Positions 1-10,906 of a stretch of DNA of 32,000 nt are shown here, in pieces. The notes under the pieces are model-generated. The model made no database searches. It saw nothing but the letters and a program-made list of their open reading frames with translations, and was not told the DNA's origin. A program made the position numbers and the translations under genes. This DNA is from Wallemia ichthyophaga EXF-994 (lineage: Eukaryota > Fungi > Basidiomycota): assembly GCF_000400465.1 (NCBI RefSeq), contig NW_008806282.1:180001-212000 (forward strand), given 5' to 3'. The first letter of the stretch is position 1. The number at the start of each line of letters is the position of its first letter.

Positions 1-1652
1 TCCTCAATATACCGCACTCACGCATGACAAATAATCAACAGATCATCTTGCTCTCTCTCCAATTCGAATATAACAGGCTCGAGTCTGACGCACAAATCGT
101 GGTATGATTCTCCCCTTGGCGTTCTAAACGAGTAAGGTGCTTTGAGAGACGAATGCCAGTCGTTAGGGAACTGCTCCCTAAACTCCTCTGGACCAACACC
201 ATCCAAGACACCGGGGTTAATTTCCGACATTTGCGCCCTTTCATGCACTCTATAACCCAATCTCACGAATGGCCATGCGGAGTGATATGAGCGACGGCGA
301 GTAGATGTCCAGACCTGTATAATGTGATGTAATGCAATGTGAGGTGAGCTTGGTTGAGCAGCTATACGAATCCACCCACCGAGAACTTTCTGTCATTCTT
401 AGGCGCTCTTGACTCGCCCCTCTCCTTGCGCTTCTGGCGCTGTTTGTCCAGGATGAAATCGGCCAGCTGGCTGGTGCTGTGTTAGGCAAATGCAAGACAA
501 AGAAAACTAAGCAGCAAACGTACTCGGCATAATCCCAACCAGCTGCAGCTAAATCTGAATCAGCCTTGTACGAGTGCTCGACAATAGACTGCCCATTTCT
601 TGCAAAGTAAATCGTGCGTGGTTTATTGTGAATGTTCATCAGATAAAAAACAATACGTGACTGTATGTACACCTTAGCGATGTTTTAGCGACAGTAGCCC
701 AACTCACCTGCAGATATCCTTCAATTTTGTTGACGATAATTCTTTGGCCGGAATTCCATATCTTTACGTAAGGGAATGACTCCTGGACTGTCTCATACTG
801 GTCCTCGTGTTCGCGAATCCTCTTCCAGTAATCTTGAACTGCTTTTTCTGAGTCCCATTTGTCGTACTTCATAGGGCTGTCAGATGGGGCTATTAAGCAC
901 CGCTCAACTTACGTCTGGTGAACTGATCTTGACCTGTGAGACATATTAGCACGGCTGCTTGGAAAAACACAACTCAAACGCACATTGCGGATGTTAGCTT
1001 CTACAGTCTCGGCTTGATCGCAGAGGCATTCTGGGCGTTTATTTTGTGAGATGTGTTGTTGATGTCACAGAGTATCACCTACCGAGGAAGATGACATGTA
1101 CACCAAGACCCTCAGAGCCGAAACGCTTAAGAATTTGTTCTCTACCAGCGGCGCCAGAGTTGTTTGCATCATAAATGGCCACCTGACCGCCGTTATTTAC
1201 GAAAAAGTCCTGGATGTTGCCCTGGAGCTCATCGACGACCCTGTCACGGAGCTTCTCAGTCTCTTGTGATTTACCAGTGGGGAGAAAGTAGTCAGGTGGG
1301 AGATCCTTAGCGCGTCCGACAGTCTGGCGTCTGTGGTCGCCGAGGGAGAAAGTGCCAACTTTGACACCAAGCCAGCGAATGTAACGCTCAATAGATCTTG
1401 ATACGTGGGTTTTACCTCTGTAGGGAAATCGTGTGAGATATTACTTCGTAACTAGGCTCACACCCACCTTGCTGGCAGACCTGAGTGGATTCGATTAGAT
1501 TAAGTCATCGATGGAGATATTTAAACGCACCGACAGCGACAATGAGCAGATTTCCTTGGTGCCACAGTTTTCCTGAGCTTGTGGTGTATAACGGGGCTGT
1601 AGAAGCATAAGGCTACGTGTACACTCGCTGCTACTGGCGTCTCACCAGCCAT
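1..1652 (-). CDS. 6-phosphofructo-2-kinase/fructose-2,6-bisphosphatase family protein (multi-exon, 3' end beyond left edge)
   Basis: Hand-spliced N-terminus MAAPLYTTSSGKLWHQGNLLIVAVGLPARGKTH contains the 6PF2K P-loop GLPARGKT (intron 1 at 1597-1645). Later exons give IYDANNS, YLMNIHNKPRTIYFARNG and FRTPRGESYHDL..RLEPVIFELER, typical of the kinase and phosphatase domains. Confidence 0.9.
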
Positions 1653-1680
1653 GATTGTATAGGAGGAAGAACTAAATGAA

Positions 1681-2696
1681 TTAATTGCGCTTTGATTGTA
1701 CATATGATTCAGTGTAGTGCAGTACCTTGTCTGCCATTTGATCTGCTGTCGTGTTCTTTCCAAACGCCTCCACAAACTCGCCATTTGGATCCATCAAGTA
1801 CATGAAAATGGAGTGATCAACGAGCTGTGATGGTTTGTTAGGCTGGAGATAGAGTAGAGCCATTTAAACACCCACGTAGTCGTCTTTTGGTGATATATTT
1901 GGCGGTGTAGAGAAGTATACCCTGTATACCTTGCAAGCGGCCTTTACATTCTCCCAAGGACCCGTAAGACCGAGCATACGAGGATGGAAGCCTGTAGTGC
2001 GCTTAGTGTGCATGTTTCTAATTGACGCGTGTCCCACCTTCCAAGTATTTCCGTGTTTGTGCAGTTGTGTCTCTCGCAGGATCGCATGAAATGAAAACAG
2101 GCTGAACAATCTGACCGAGTTTAGCATCTTGGAAGTGCATGAGATTCGCCTGTATTCAAGCACATCGTTCTACCCACCGACTTTGTCAACTACAGCGCCC
2201 ATTTTGTCCAACTCATCGGGGCAAATATCCGGGCAATTGGTGAATCCAAAGTAGACGAGACTAAATCTGCCAAGAAGATCCTCGTGTGTCACGCTGTTTT
2301 CAGTCTTTGCGTCTATCAGATTGAATGGGCCACCGATCTTTGGCTTTCCGAGTTTCTCAGACTCGCTGGTTTTGCGCTCTAAAGAAGCGTCAGCGGCGAG
2401 AGCAGATAGCAGTAAACAACCAACTTTTGCTCTCCTCGACTTGTGCCTTTGCTTTGTTGAAATACCAGTAGAGACCAGCGCCGGTGCCGACGAAGAGGGA
2501 AGCAGAGATCCAATTAAATGGCTGTGTAGAGTACCAATGAGAATATGAAAGCATGGAAAACACCACGCACGCCGACATACGCCTTATCTCTCTGCTGAGA
2601 TTTAGACTGTATCCATCTCCTCGAAGCAGCTCGATTGAGATTGCCAGTTACATTTATACGCCCAGCACGCTTAAGTAAATTATTATATTTTAACAT
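1681..2696 (-). CDS. SCO1: SCO1/SenC mitochondrial copper chaperone for cytochrome c oxidase (multi-exon)
   Basis: Basic presequence MLKYNNLLKRAGR, TM segment GPFNWISASLFVGTGAGLYWYF, IGGPF, YFGFTNCPDICPDEL (CxxxC), LTG..., DHSIFMYLMDPNGEFVEAFG; TAA at 1681-1683. Confidence 0.93.
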
Positions 2697-2749
2697 ATAT
2701 CCTTCTTGGTCTCCTACTACAACGAGTATTTTCACGTTAAGTATTCCAG

Positions 2750-5700
2750 ATGACCGCGAGTGGTGGCCACCCAACCAAAATCAAATTATCAACGAGATCG
2801 CTGCGATCTCAGCAGCCCCAAGAGATGGAGCTTACAGATACAGCCACCGATACCCACGATCATCTCCCGGCAGCCACTGATCCCGATCTCGACGAGCCAC
2901 ACACGTATCACCAAGATGCTTATCAAGAAGATGACCAAATCCAGCAGCAGGCGCAGGCACAGCTCGAGCCACAGAATGTCTCTGGATCTGAATTTGGTGA
3001 TGAGGATATTCCTGAGCCAGAGCAGTCTGATTACGACGACGATCTCACTCCTCCTCCAAAGCGCGCTGGTAGAACTTCCACTCGACGTGCACCGCCTAAG
3101 AAACGCGCTGTCGAGGAAGAATACCAAGACGACGGCAGTGAATATGAAAGTGATGAATACAATGGTGTGTTTCCCCTTTCACCATTTTCCATTTCTCACT
3201 TTATTCAGCTAGAAGAAGCCGTCCAACACGCGGTCGCCCCTCCACCCGTAGCCGAGTCCACCATTTCGTTCAATTCGACGGCGGCGATGGTGACGACGAG
3301 GAGTTTTCTCTGCGTGGCAATCGTCGTCGTTTGCGAAATGCTGGCGACGATCCACCTGAGCCTGTCACTCGCTCAAGCAGACAGTCACGATCTGTGGTGC
3401 CCTATTTCCCTCCAAAAGAAGTCATACAGGAGCGCCACGAAAAGCTTGCCAATGAGCGTGCCGATAGAGCTGAAAGAAGGAGGACTATCATGTATACGGA
3501 TGACGAAGACGACGACTCCCCAGAACGTCGCAACTACTCTCTTAGAACAAGACGTGAGCGTCCCAATTACGTTCTTCCTCCTCCTGTCCTTGATGTCAGA
3601 GAGCGTCCTGAAAAGATTGGCCGCTTGCCTTCCTTCACTGCTCTTCAACACCCCAGTATCGACTTGGTGCCTTGGAACCGTCGTGGTGGTCTTGATGACT
3701 CCGACACCGTGAGTATTTCTTACCTATTACACTCAATACTCACCTCCCATAAGGACGATGACCTTTCGCCCAGAAAACGCCCTCAACCTGCACCTGCAAA
3801 TCTGGCCGGTGGCGGTGGTGGGCTACTAGCGCCAGGAGAAGGCATGGGAATGGACAATTTAGGCACAGGTGGTCCTAGCAACCTGGGTAAGATCGGTGAT
3901 GCAGCATTCGCCGATACAGATCCACTCGGTGTGAATACAAAGATCTCATTCGAGTCTATTGGTGGTCTAGATGAGCGTGAGTAGCAGGTGTACTTTCTAA
4001 TAAGCATCTCTGACACCCTCAAGATATCCGACAACTCAAGGAAATGGTTTCTCTCCCACTCCTATATCCCGAAGTTTTTCAACGTTTCAGCATCACTCCT
4101 CCACGAGGTGTCCTCTTCCACGGTCCACCCGGCACTGGTAAAACGCTGATAGCTCGCGCTCTTGCAGCAAGCTGCTCGAGCGAGAATCAAAAAATATCTT
4201 TCTTCATGCGCAAAGGTGCAGACTGTCTGAGCAAATGGATTGGAGAAGCTGAACGTCAACTGCGACTATTATTCGATGAGGCCAAGGCATGTCAACCGTC
4301 TATCATCTTTTTTGATGAAATAGATGGTCTTGCGCCGGTGCGTTCTTCGAAACAAGAGCAGATCCATGCATCTATCGTGTCAACCCTCCTCGCTTTGATG
4401 GACGGCATGGATGGACGTGGGCAGGTTATTGTTATCGGCGCTACCAATCGCCCTGATGCTGTTGATCCTGCTCTTCGCCGTCCGGGCAGATTCGATCGAG
4501 AGTTCTACTTCCCTCTGCCAAATGAGAAGGCGCGGAGTAAAATAATAGAAATCAACACCAAAGATTGGAATCCTCCTCTCGAGCCTCAATTTCTAGATAA
4601 GCTTGCAAATCTCACTAAGGGCTACGGGGGTGCTGATATTCGCGCTCTCTGTACTGAGGCTGCACTAAACGCTGTTCAGCGTAGGTATCCGCAAATCTAC
4701 AAGACGAACGACAGACTGCTTCTCGACCCGAAAAGCATAAACGTACAAGCCAAAGACTTCATGAGGTCTATCAATAGTAGGTGTGATGAAATGAATAGCG
4801 TGGTTTACTAACACGATTTTAGAGCTAACACCGTCGTCTGCGCGCTCAAGTGCCACGTCGGCAGCACCCCTCCCCCACCATCTTACACCCTTGCTTGGTG
4901 GTGCACTAGATGAATCGAAGAAGGTAGTCGACAAAGTGATTCCACGCACTGAAGAGAAGAGCGTAATCGAAGAAGCCGAATATGAAGATGACGTTGGTGA
5001 AGATGGTGGCTTCTCACTTGAGGTGATGCGCCAAAACATGAACTCGATGCGCACATTCCGTCCAAGGATGATGGTTTATGGAGAAGAAGGTATGGGACAG
5101 GCCTTCATAGGTCCTGCACTTCTGCATTATTTGGAAGGGTACAACGTACAATCGCTAGATCTGGCTACACTGCTCAGCGATTCGACGCGCACTGTCGAAG
5201 CCGCATGTGTACAGCTAATACTCGAAGCGAAACGTACAAAACCATCCATTATATACATACCAGCGTTACATGAATGGTGCAATGTTATTTCAGAAGCGGC
5301 AAGAGCAACTGTAACAGCACTCCTCAATACTATATCCCCATCAGATCCTATACTTGTTCTCGCAATGCTAAACAATAGTCCTGATGAGCTGCCACGAGAT
5401 GTAAAAAGATGGTTCGGTTTTGGCAGAGACTCTAAAGTCGCTTTGAATGGTTTCTCAGAGGAGCAAATTACAGAGTATCTGATGGAATTGATCAATATGA
5501 TCAAACTTAAACCATCTCAATTTCCAGATACGGGAAGGCGTAAAAAACGTAAATTGGAAATACTTCCAGTAGCGCCCCCGATGAAACCACGCGAGCCTAC
5601 TGACAGAGAGCTGAATGCGCTGCTCGAAAATGATGCTAGAATTCGTGAGCATCTTAAATGGAGATTAGGTGCTGTGCTCGAGCAGCTCAAGAAGAAGTTT

Positions 5701-7357
5701 AGGAGATTTATGAAATCTTTCGCTGACGAAATTGCTATGGTTCTTCCATTACCCGTCAACACTCACAACAACGGCTCAGTCAATGCGCTCGCTCGATCGG
5801 ATTTGATGGCGGATAATGATAATCAGCAGCCACAGACTCAGCATGACAGTGAGGCCAAGGAGCAGGACGAGGATGAGGAGGAGCACGCGAAGGAGCAGCC
5901 GAATGACCAAGACAAAGACACACAAGTACAGCCAATGACCAACGGTGTTGTTGATGGAGATGTGCTAGAGTATGACAAGGTATCTGATGAAGCGGGTGCC
6001 GACGAGGTTAAGAAAGATACTGATCATGTTCAAACCGGAGATCAGCAAATGGAGCAGACAGAAGAACCTGTTGAAGGAAGTCCCGAAAAAGAAGATGAAG
6101 AGAATGATGACGCCATAGATGAAGAGATGGCTGACTTTATCCAACCGCCACAAGCTGCTAACAAAGAGATTTCCAAAGACAGCGAAGATGACGAGCCGAT
6201 CATTGAGGATAAGAACGATGACGACTTTGAGCCAGATGAAGAGGAGGAAGAAGCCCCACAAGAACCCGATCTTCAACCAGTCCCACCAAAGCCTGAGGCA
6301 AATCTACAGGAAAACATGGAAAAATCATTAGATGAAGAATTAATGGAATTATCGACAATTCAGCCTGGAGAGGATCACAGGACGCGTCTGATGATTTACG
6401 ATATTGATCTTGAAAAGATTCATTTCAATGTATACAAAGACAACTATGTGAATCCAGCGCAATTCGTCGATGATGTCGCTAAGATTGTCCATAATGCTGA
6501 ACTTGATCCTAGTGATCAGGACAGGTTGTGGAAAGCACAGCAACTCCTCACGCATGCAAGAGTATTGGTTGATCAGGCTTTCGATGGCCCATTTAGAATA
6601 GAGTGTCAGCGTATGGCCGACAGAGAAACTAAGAGGATTGCAGAATACAAAGAGAAGAGGAAGAGAGAAAAGGAGGCATCTAAGAATGTGTCGGAAGAAA
6701 ATGAGGCGGGTGCAGCTGACGGGGAACAACAAGAGCAACCAGAACAGCAACCAGAACAGCAACCAGAACAGCAAACACGATCAGAGGAGCAAGACCAGTA
6801 TCAGCCGCAGCAAGACGGAATTGCAGCTGCAGCTCCTGAACAAAATGACCAGGCTGAACAATCCGAACAATCCGAAAATGGCACATCTCTCAAACGTCCC
6901 CGTGAAGGTGAAGGTGATGGTGATGGTGAGAACGGAGGAGATGGACCTGAGACTAAGAAGGCCAAAGGAGATGTAGAGATGACTGAGAGTGTGGGTGTGT
7001 TGATAACAGAGCTAATTTAAGCTAAAAGGAATATTACAGAGTCAACCAATTGATACTAGTCAAAAAGAAGAAGAGCTTCAAGAAGCTCCAAAGGAAGCCT
7101 CACAAGCTCCAAAGTCTCCAACGCCCGAATCGGAACCTGAACCTGAACCTGAATTCTTAGTCGACGAGAGTCAATTGACTCAGTTACTCAATGAGGCTGT
7201 GGCGTTGGTGAAAGATTTCAACGCTGACGAGCTCGAGCAGACGAGAGCTAACATTTCTAGCGTGATATGGCAACATCGCGAAGAATGGAACCGACAAAGC
7301 ACGATTGAAGCTGTGAGATCTGCTTTGCACAGCTGCAAATATGATGTAGACATGTAA
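2750..7357 (+). CDS. YTA7: Yta7/ATAD2-type AAA+ ATPase with non-canonical bromodomain (histone chaperone), multi-exon
   Basis: Acidic N-terminus; AAA1 Walker A GPPGTGKT, FFMRKGADCLSKWIGEAERQLRLLF, Walker B IIFFDEIDG, arginine finger LRRPGRFDRE; degenerate second AAA (FRPRMMVYGEEGMGQ); bromodomain-like IYDIDLEKI..Y..PAQFVDDV. Short introns seen, e.g. two of 44 and 45 nt near 3165 and 3709. Confidence 0.95.
6735..6774 (+). repeat. 12-bp coding tandem repeat (GCAACCAGAACA x3.3) encoding a QPEQ repeat in YTA7
   Basis: Read directly: gcaaccagaaca gcaaccagaaca gcaaccagaaca gcaa. Confidence 0.9.
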
Positions 7358-7418
7358 TATAAGATGAAAAGAAAAGAGTTGATGCATTGATTTAATTTAA
7401 GTTGCTAAAGCACATGGA

Positions 7419-7911
7419 CTATCCTGGTATATTTCTTCTTGGCGGTAACGGAGGTGCACTGCGGCGCAAGTGATGAGTGTGATGAGTTCGAGGAGGCAGT
7501 GGAGGGGCGTAGGCGGGAGTTCGCACTGCTGGCTCATAAGCAGGAGTACGAATTGGTGGACTATAAAGTGGTGGGGGATTTGCTTCGTTTCGCTTCCTCA
7601 CCAGGTCTCTGAGTAGATCCTCACCAGCCTGTCTTCTCAATTTGTCCCTATTCAGTCGCTCTTCTAGTGACAAACAGTCGCGAGCATCCTTCTCCCAGCT
7701 TTCGCGCAGCGCTATATTGAACGCCAGCTCGGGATCAGCGCTAGGAGGGTGATCTGCGCCTTCATTAGATTCAGGCTGTTGGATTTGCCGCCTATTTCTA
7801 GCTGTAGATTATCGTGAGGTTTATAAAATACTACCAGCAATTATACTCACGTTTACGCTGCTTTTGTGCTACCAACATTTGCCGATTAGGATCTGGCATC
7901 CTGATCGTCAT
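7419..7911 (-). CDS. Hypothetical 147-aa proline-rich protein (2 exons) with UIM-like, PPxY and PxxPxR motifs
   Basis: ATG at 7911, GT-AG intron 7802-7850 (49 nt), exon lengths 61+383 nt keep the frame, TAG at 7419. No family recognised. Confidence 0.55.
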
Positions 7912-7987
7912 TTCACAAACTTGATAAGCCGGATTAATGCAATATTTCTATAGTAGTACACGTCTATTTGATCACATTAGATCACTT

Positions 7988-8968
7988 TTAGAAGTAAGGC
8001 GTCTCGTAGACCTTGTCGCGCATCTTCCAGTCTCCGTTGCGCATCCACAATGGCTTTTCGAACATGACGTAGTCTAAAACGTTGTGCTCTGGGTGGTTTG
8101 GGCCGAGTGACTGTGTGGCTTGTTAGAATTGATTCCTATCAGTGCTCAACTCATACCTGTACTGTATTGAACTTGACGACCACCTGACAAATACGCTTCT
8201 CGGCGGACTCTGGCAGCATTGGCATGACATTTGTAGTTCTCACAGAGAGCACGCTTGGTGGCTCTATCACTCTGACCACCTTCCAATCATATTTTGTGTC
8301 ACGATCCAATTTCACTGTCTTGGCTTGTGAGTCTGAAGCTTCCTTGAGCGCGTGTGTGGATAGTTTGTTGATTGATTTAAAGTCGCCGCTGTTTGAGTGT
8401 TAAGTGGGGGTTGAATTACCAGCACTTTGCACACCCGCTTACCTCGCTATTGCCTTCTGGAGCGCTGTATACTTTTCATAAGCCACAGTGCTGGCCCAGT
8501 GCGTAGATGCTTTGCGCCTTTCCATCCACTTCAGCCCAGGCACGCCTTCCTTCTCAGTCTTCCATTCACCTTTCTCGAACAGCTTCATGCGGCTGTGGGA
8601 GTTTCTTTAGCTTATTCTGTATGCACCAAAGCAACCCACTGATGATAATCCTGCAGGCTTGTGTACAGATTCCATTGAAGCCACTTAAAGAACTCCATCG
8701 GTTTGAATCCCCTTGAAATGAGAGCAGAGGGGCTTAAATCGCTCGCTTTCAAACCCAAAAAAGACCTCGATGGCTTAACGTATGGGCTCAGTTTACCGAA
8801 ATTCATCTCTTCTAATCCAACTCGAACCTCTGCTTCTCCAGTCGCACCTTTGGCGACGGCAGCTCTTTCAGCAGCAGCCTTGATTTTCCTCAGAGCTTCT
8901 GCATCAGGTTCGTTGACGAATGTCTTCCTGGAGCTGCTCGCGAATTGTCTTGCTAGTGTTGGTCTCAT
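7988..8968 (-). CDS. Mba1/MRPL45 (Tim44-like domain) mitochondrial ribosome-membrane protein, multi-exon
   Basis: Presequence-like MRPTLARQFASSSRK; spliced core YEKYTALQKAIASGD..., ICQVVVKFNTVQ, and C-terminal VLDYVMFEKPLWMRNGDWKMRDKVY match the Tim44-like pattern; TAA at 7988-7990. Confidence 0.7.
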
Positions 8969-9027
8969 TGGCGGTGTGATGGTGATACAAGCGAGCAAGA
9001 CAAAATGTTTGATTTCGATTACAAAAT

Positions 9028-10480
9028 TTACAAAGGCTCAGGACCGTCAATTACAGCCTTGATGAGACTCTTCCCGTCTTTGCCTTTACCCGCCTTTGTT
9101 GAGTCGAAAGCGCTGAGTGCATCGTTGTACGCGAACGAGTGCGTGTGCAGCTCCTTGAGATTGATCTTGCCTTGACTGACGAGATCGATGGCGAGATCAT
9201 AAGCGCCTGGTCCATATCTGAACGATGTCCTGTACTGGATTTCCTTGGACATCATAGCTCCAACTGGTATTTGAATATCTGGTCTACCCATGCCCACTTG
9301 TACGAATTTGCCTGCAGGTTTCAAGAAATGCAGTCCCATTGTAATACATGGTTGCGCTCCACTAGCCTCCAACACCAAGTCTATTCCATTGCCTCCCCTC
9401 GCTTCAACACCAAGCGATTTATGAAGATTTGCAACCACCCTTGACATGTACTCGTCCTGCGACTCTGTTTCACTCTTTGCAGGTGGCTGAAAAGAGTCAG
9501 TTTGCGCGTATTGCTTCGCGAATGCTAATCTCTCCTGGTTGATATCTACTGCAATAATACGTCTTGCGCCGAGGCTGTAAGTGGATCAAGTGAGCGGGGT
9601 GTATGTTGCCAAGCACATCAGCACTCACGCTTTGGCCGTAGCAATCAACAGCAATCCAACAGGACCGCAACCAAACACGATAACATTCTAAAAACACGAT
9701 GTAAGTGAGTCGTGAGGTGAGCATTTAGCTGAGCACTTACGTCATTTACTTTAATTTCACCGATTTTGGCAGCAGCGTGTACTGCAACGCTAAGTGGCTC
9801 CATCTGGGTTAAAAATTGCATGAGACATTGACTTTCAATGGTATTCAAGACTTCAACTCACCATAGCACCCTCTTCAAGAGATAGTGTGTCAGAAATAGG
9901 GTGGACGAAATCAGCTGGGAGCTTGAAGTAGCGGCAGAGAGTACCTCCTTCGAAGGGTGGTGTAGCGGCGAATGTCATGAATTCACATAATTCATAACGA
10001 CCGCTCTTACAATCGACACAAACACCGCAGCCGAAGCCAGGCTCCATAGCCACGCGCTGACCCGGCTTCACCTTGACTTTGTCATCTGTGCCGACCTTGA
10101 CGACGATCTGCAGGAAAGGGGAAAGGACAAGTCAGACGATATGATCACTTGAATAACATGCTCCCGCACCCCTGATGATTCATGGCCCAAGCACATGCCA
10201 TTTGGACACAAACTGACTGCAAATGAGCCTATAGCGCCGTGTTGCCAGTAGTGAACGTCCGAGCCGCACACACCCGTTTTCTTAACCTAAAAGGTACACT
10301 TAGCAAATGGAAGGACAGTCATCACTATAAAGTACTTACCTCCACCAACACATCTTGCGGACCAACCTCAGGAATTGGTCTTTCTTCATACGTGACGGAT
10401 AGCCCATCACTCTTCTTGCGGAGAATGAAGCTTGGATTTTGCATTTTGTTCGCAATGGACGAATTCTCGACTATGGACAT
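9028..10480 (-). CDS. NAD-dependent xylitol/sorbitol dehydrogenase (zinc-containing MDR family), multi-exon
   Basis: [37 protein letters not shown] (structural Zn), [28 protein letters not shown]. Start is either MSIVENSS at 10480 or MQNPSF at 10444. Confidence 0.93.
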
Positions 10481-10906
10481 TGTTTTGTTTAGCTAGAGGA
10501 GTGGTCTCCGACAACCCCGCGTTTAAATCTGCGATTTCATACTTAGATTTATGACGTAGCATACGCCGGAGCTATTCCATTTGAACGTGTCGCATGGAAT
10601 CAGGATAATTAGCTCCTATTAAGTTATTAATACAGTCTGTGGCTGCTCTAAGCTTGTTATTGACATAACACCGGAATATCCGAACGAAGAGCAGCAATTT
10701 CGCACCAAGGCGGGTCTTTGCGTTTACAATTAGCATTTATAGAGTCAGAAATCACATCGCATTCAATTTAATGTGCAATTCATGACTTTATCGAACATAA
10801 TTCCCCAAATTTTACCTTGCATTACTAACTAGCATGACAAATCTATGAAATGACAAAAAAAGAAGACAACATTTTACTAAACGTGAATTCATGACAATTA
10901 TTGTAA

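Noticed and set aside
7133-7153. GAACCT hexamer repeat (EPEPEPE) and similar short coding repeats, e.g. TQYTQYT near 15050
   Set aside because: These are ordinary low-complexity coding microsatellites in disordered regions.
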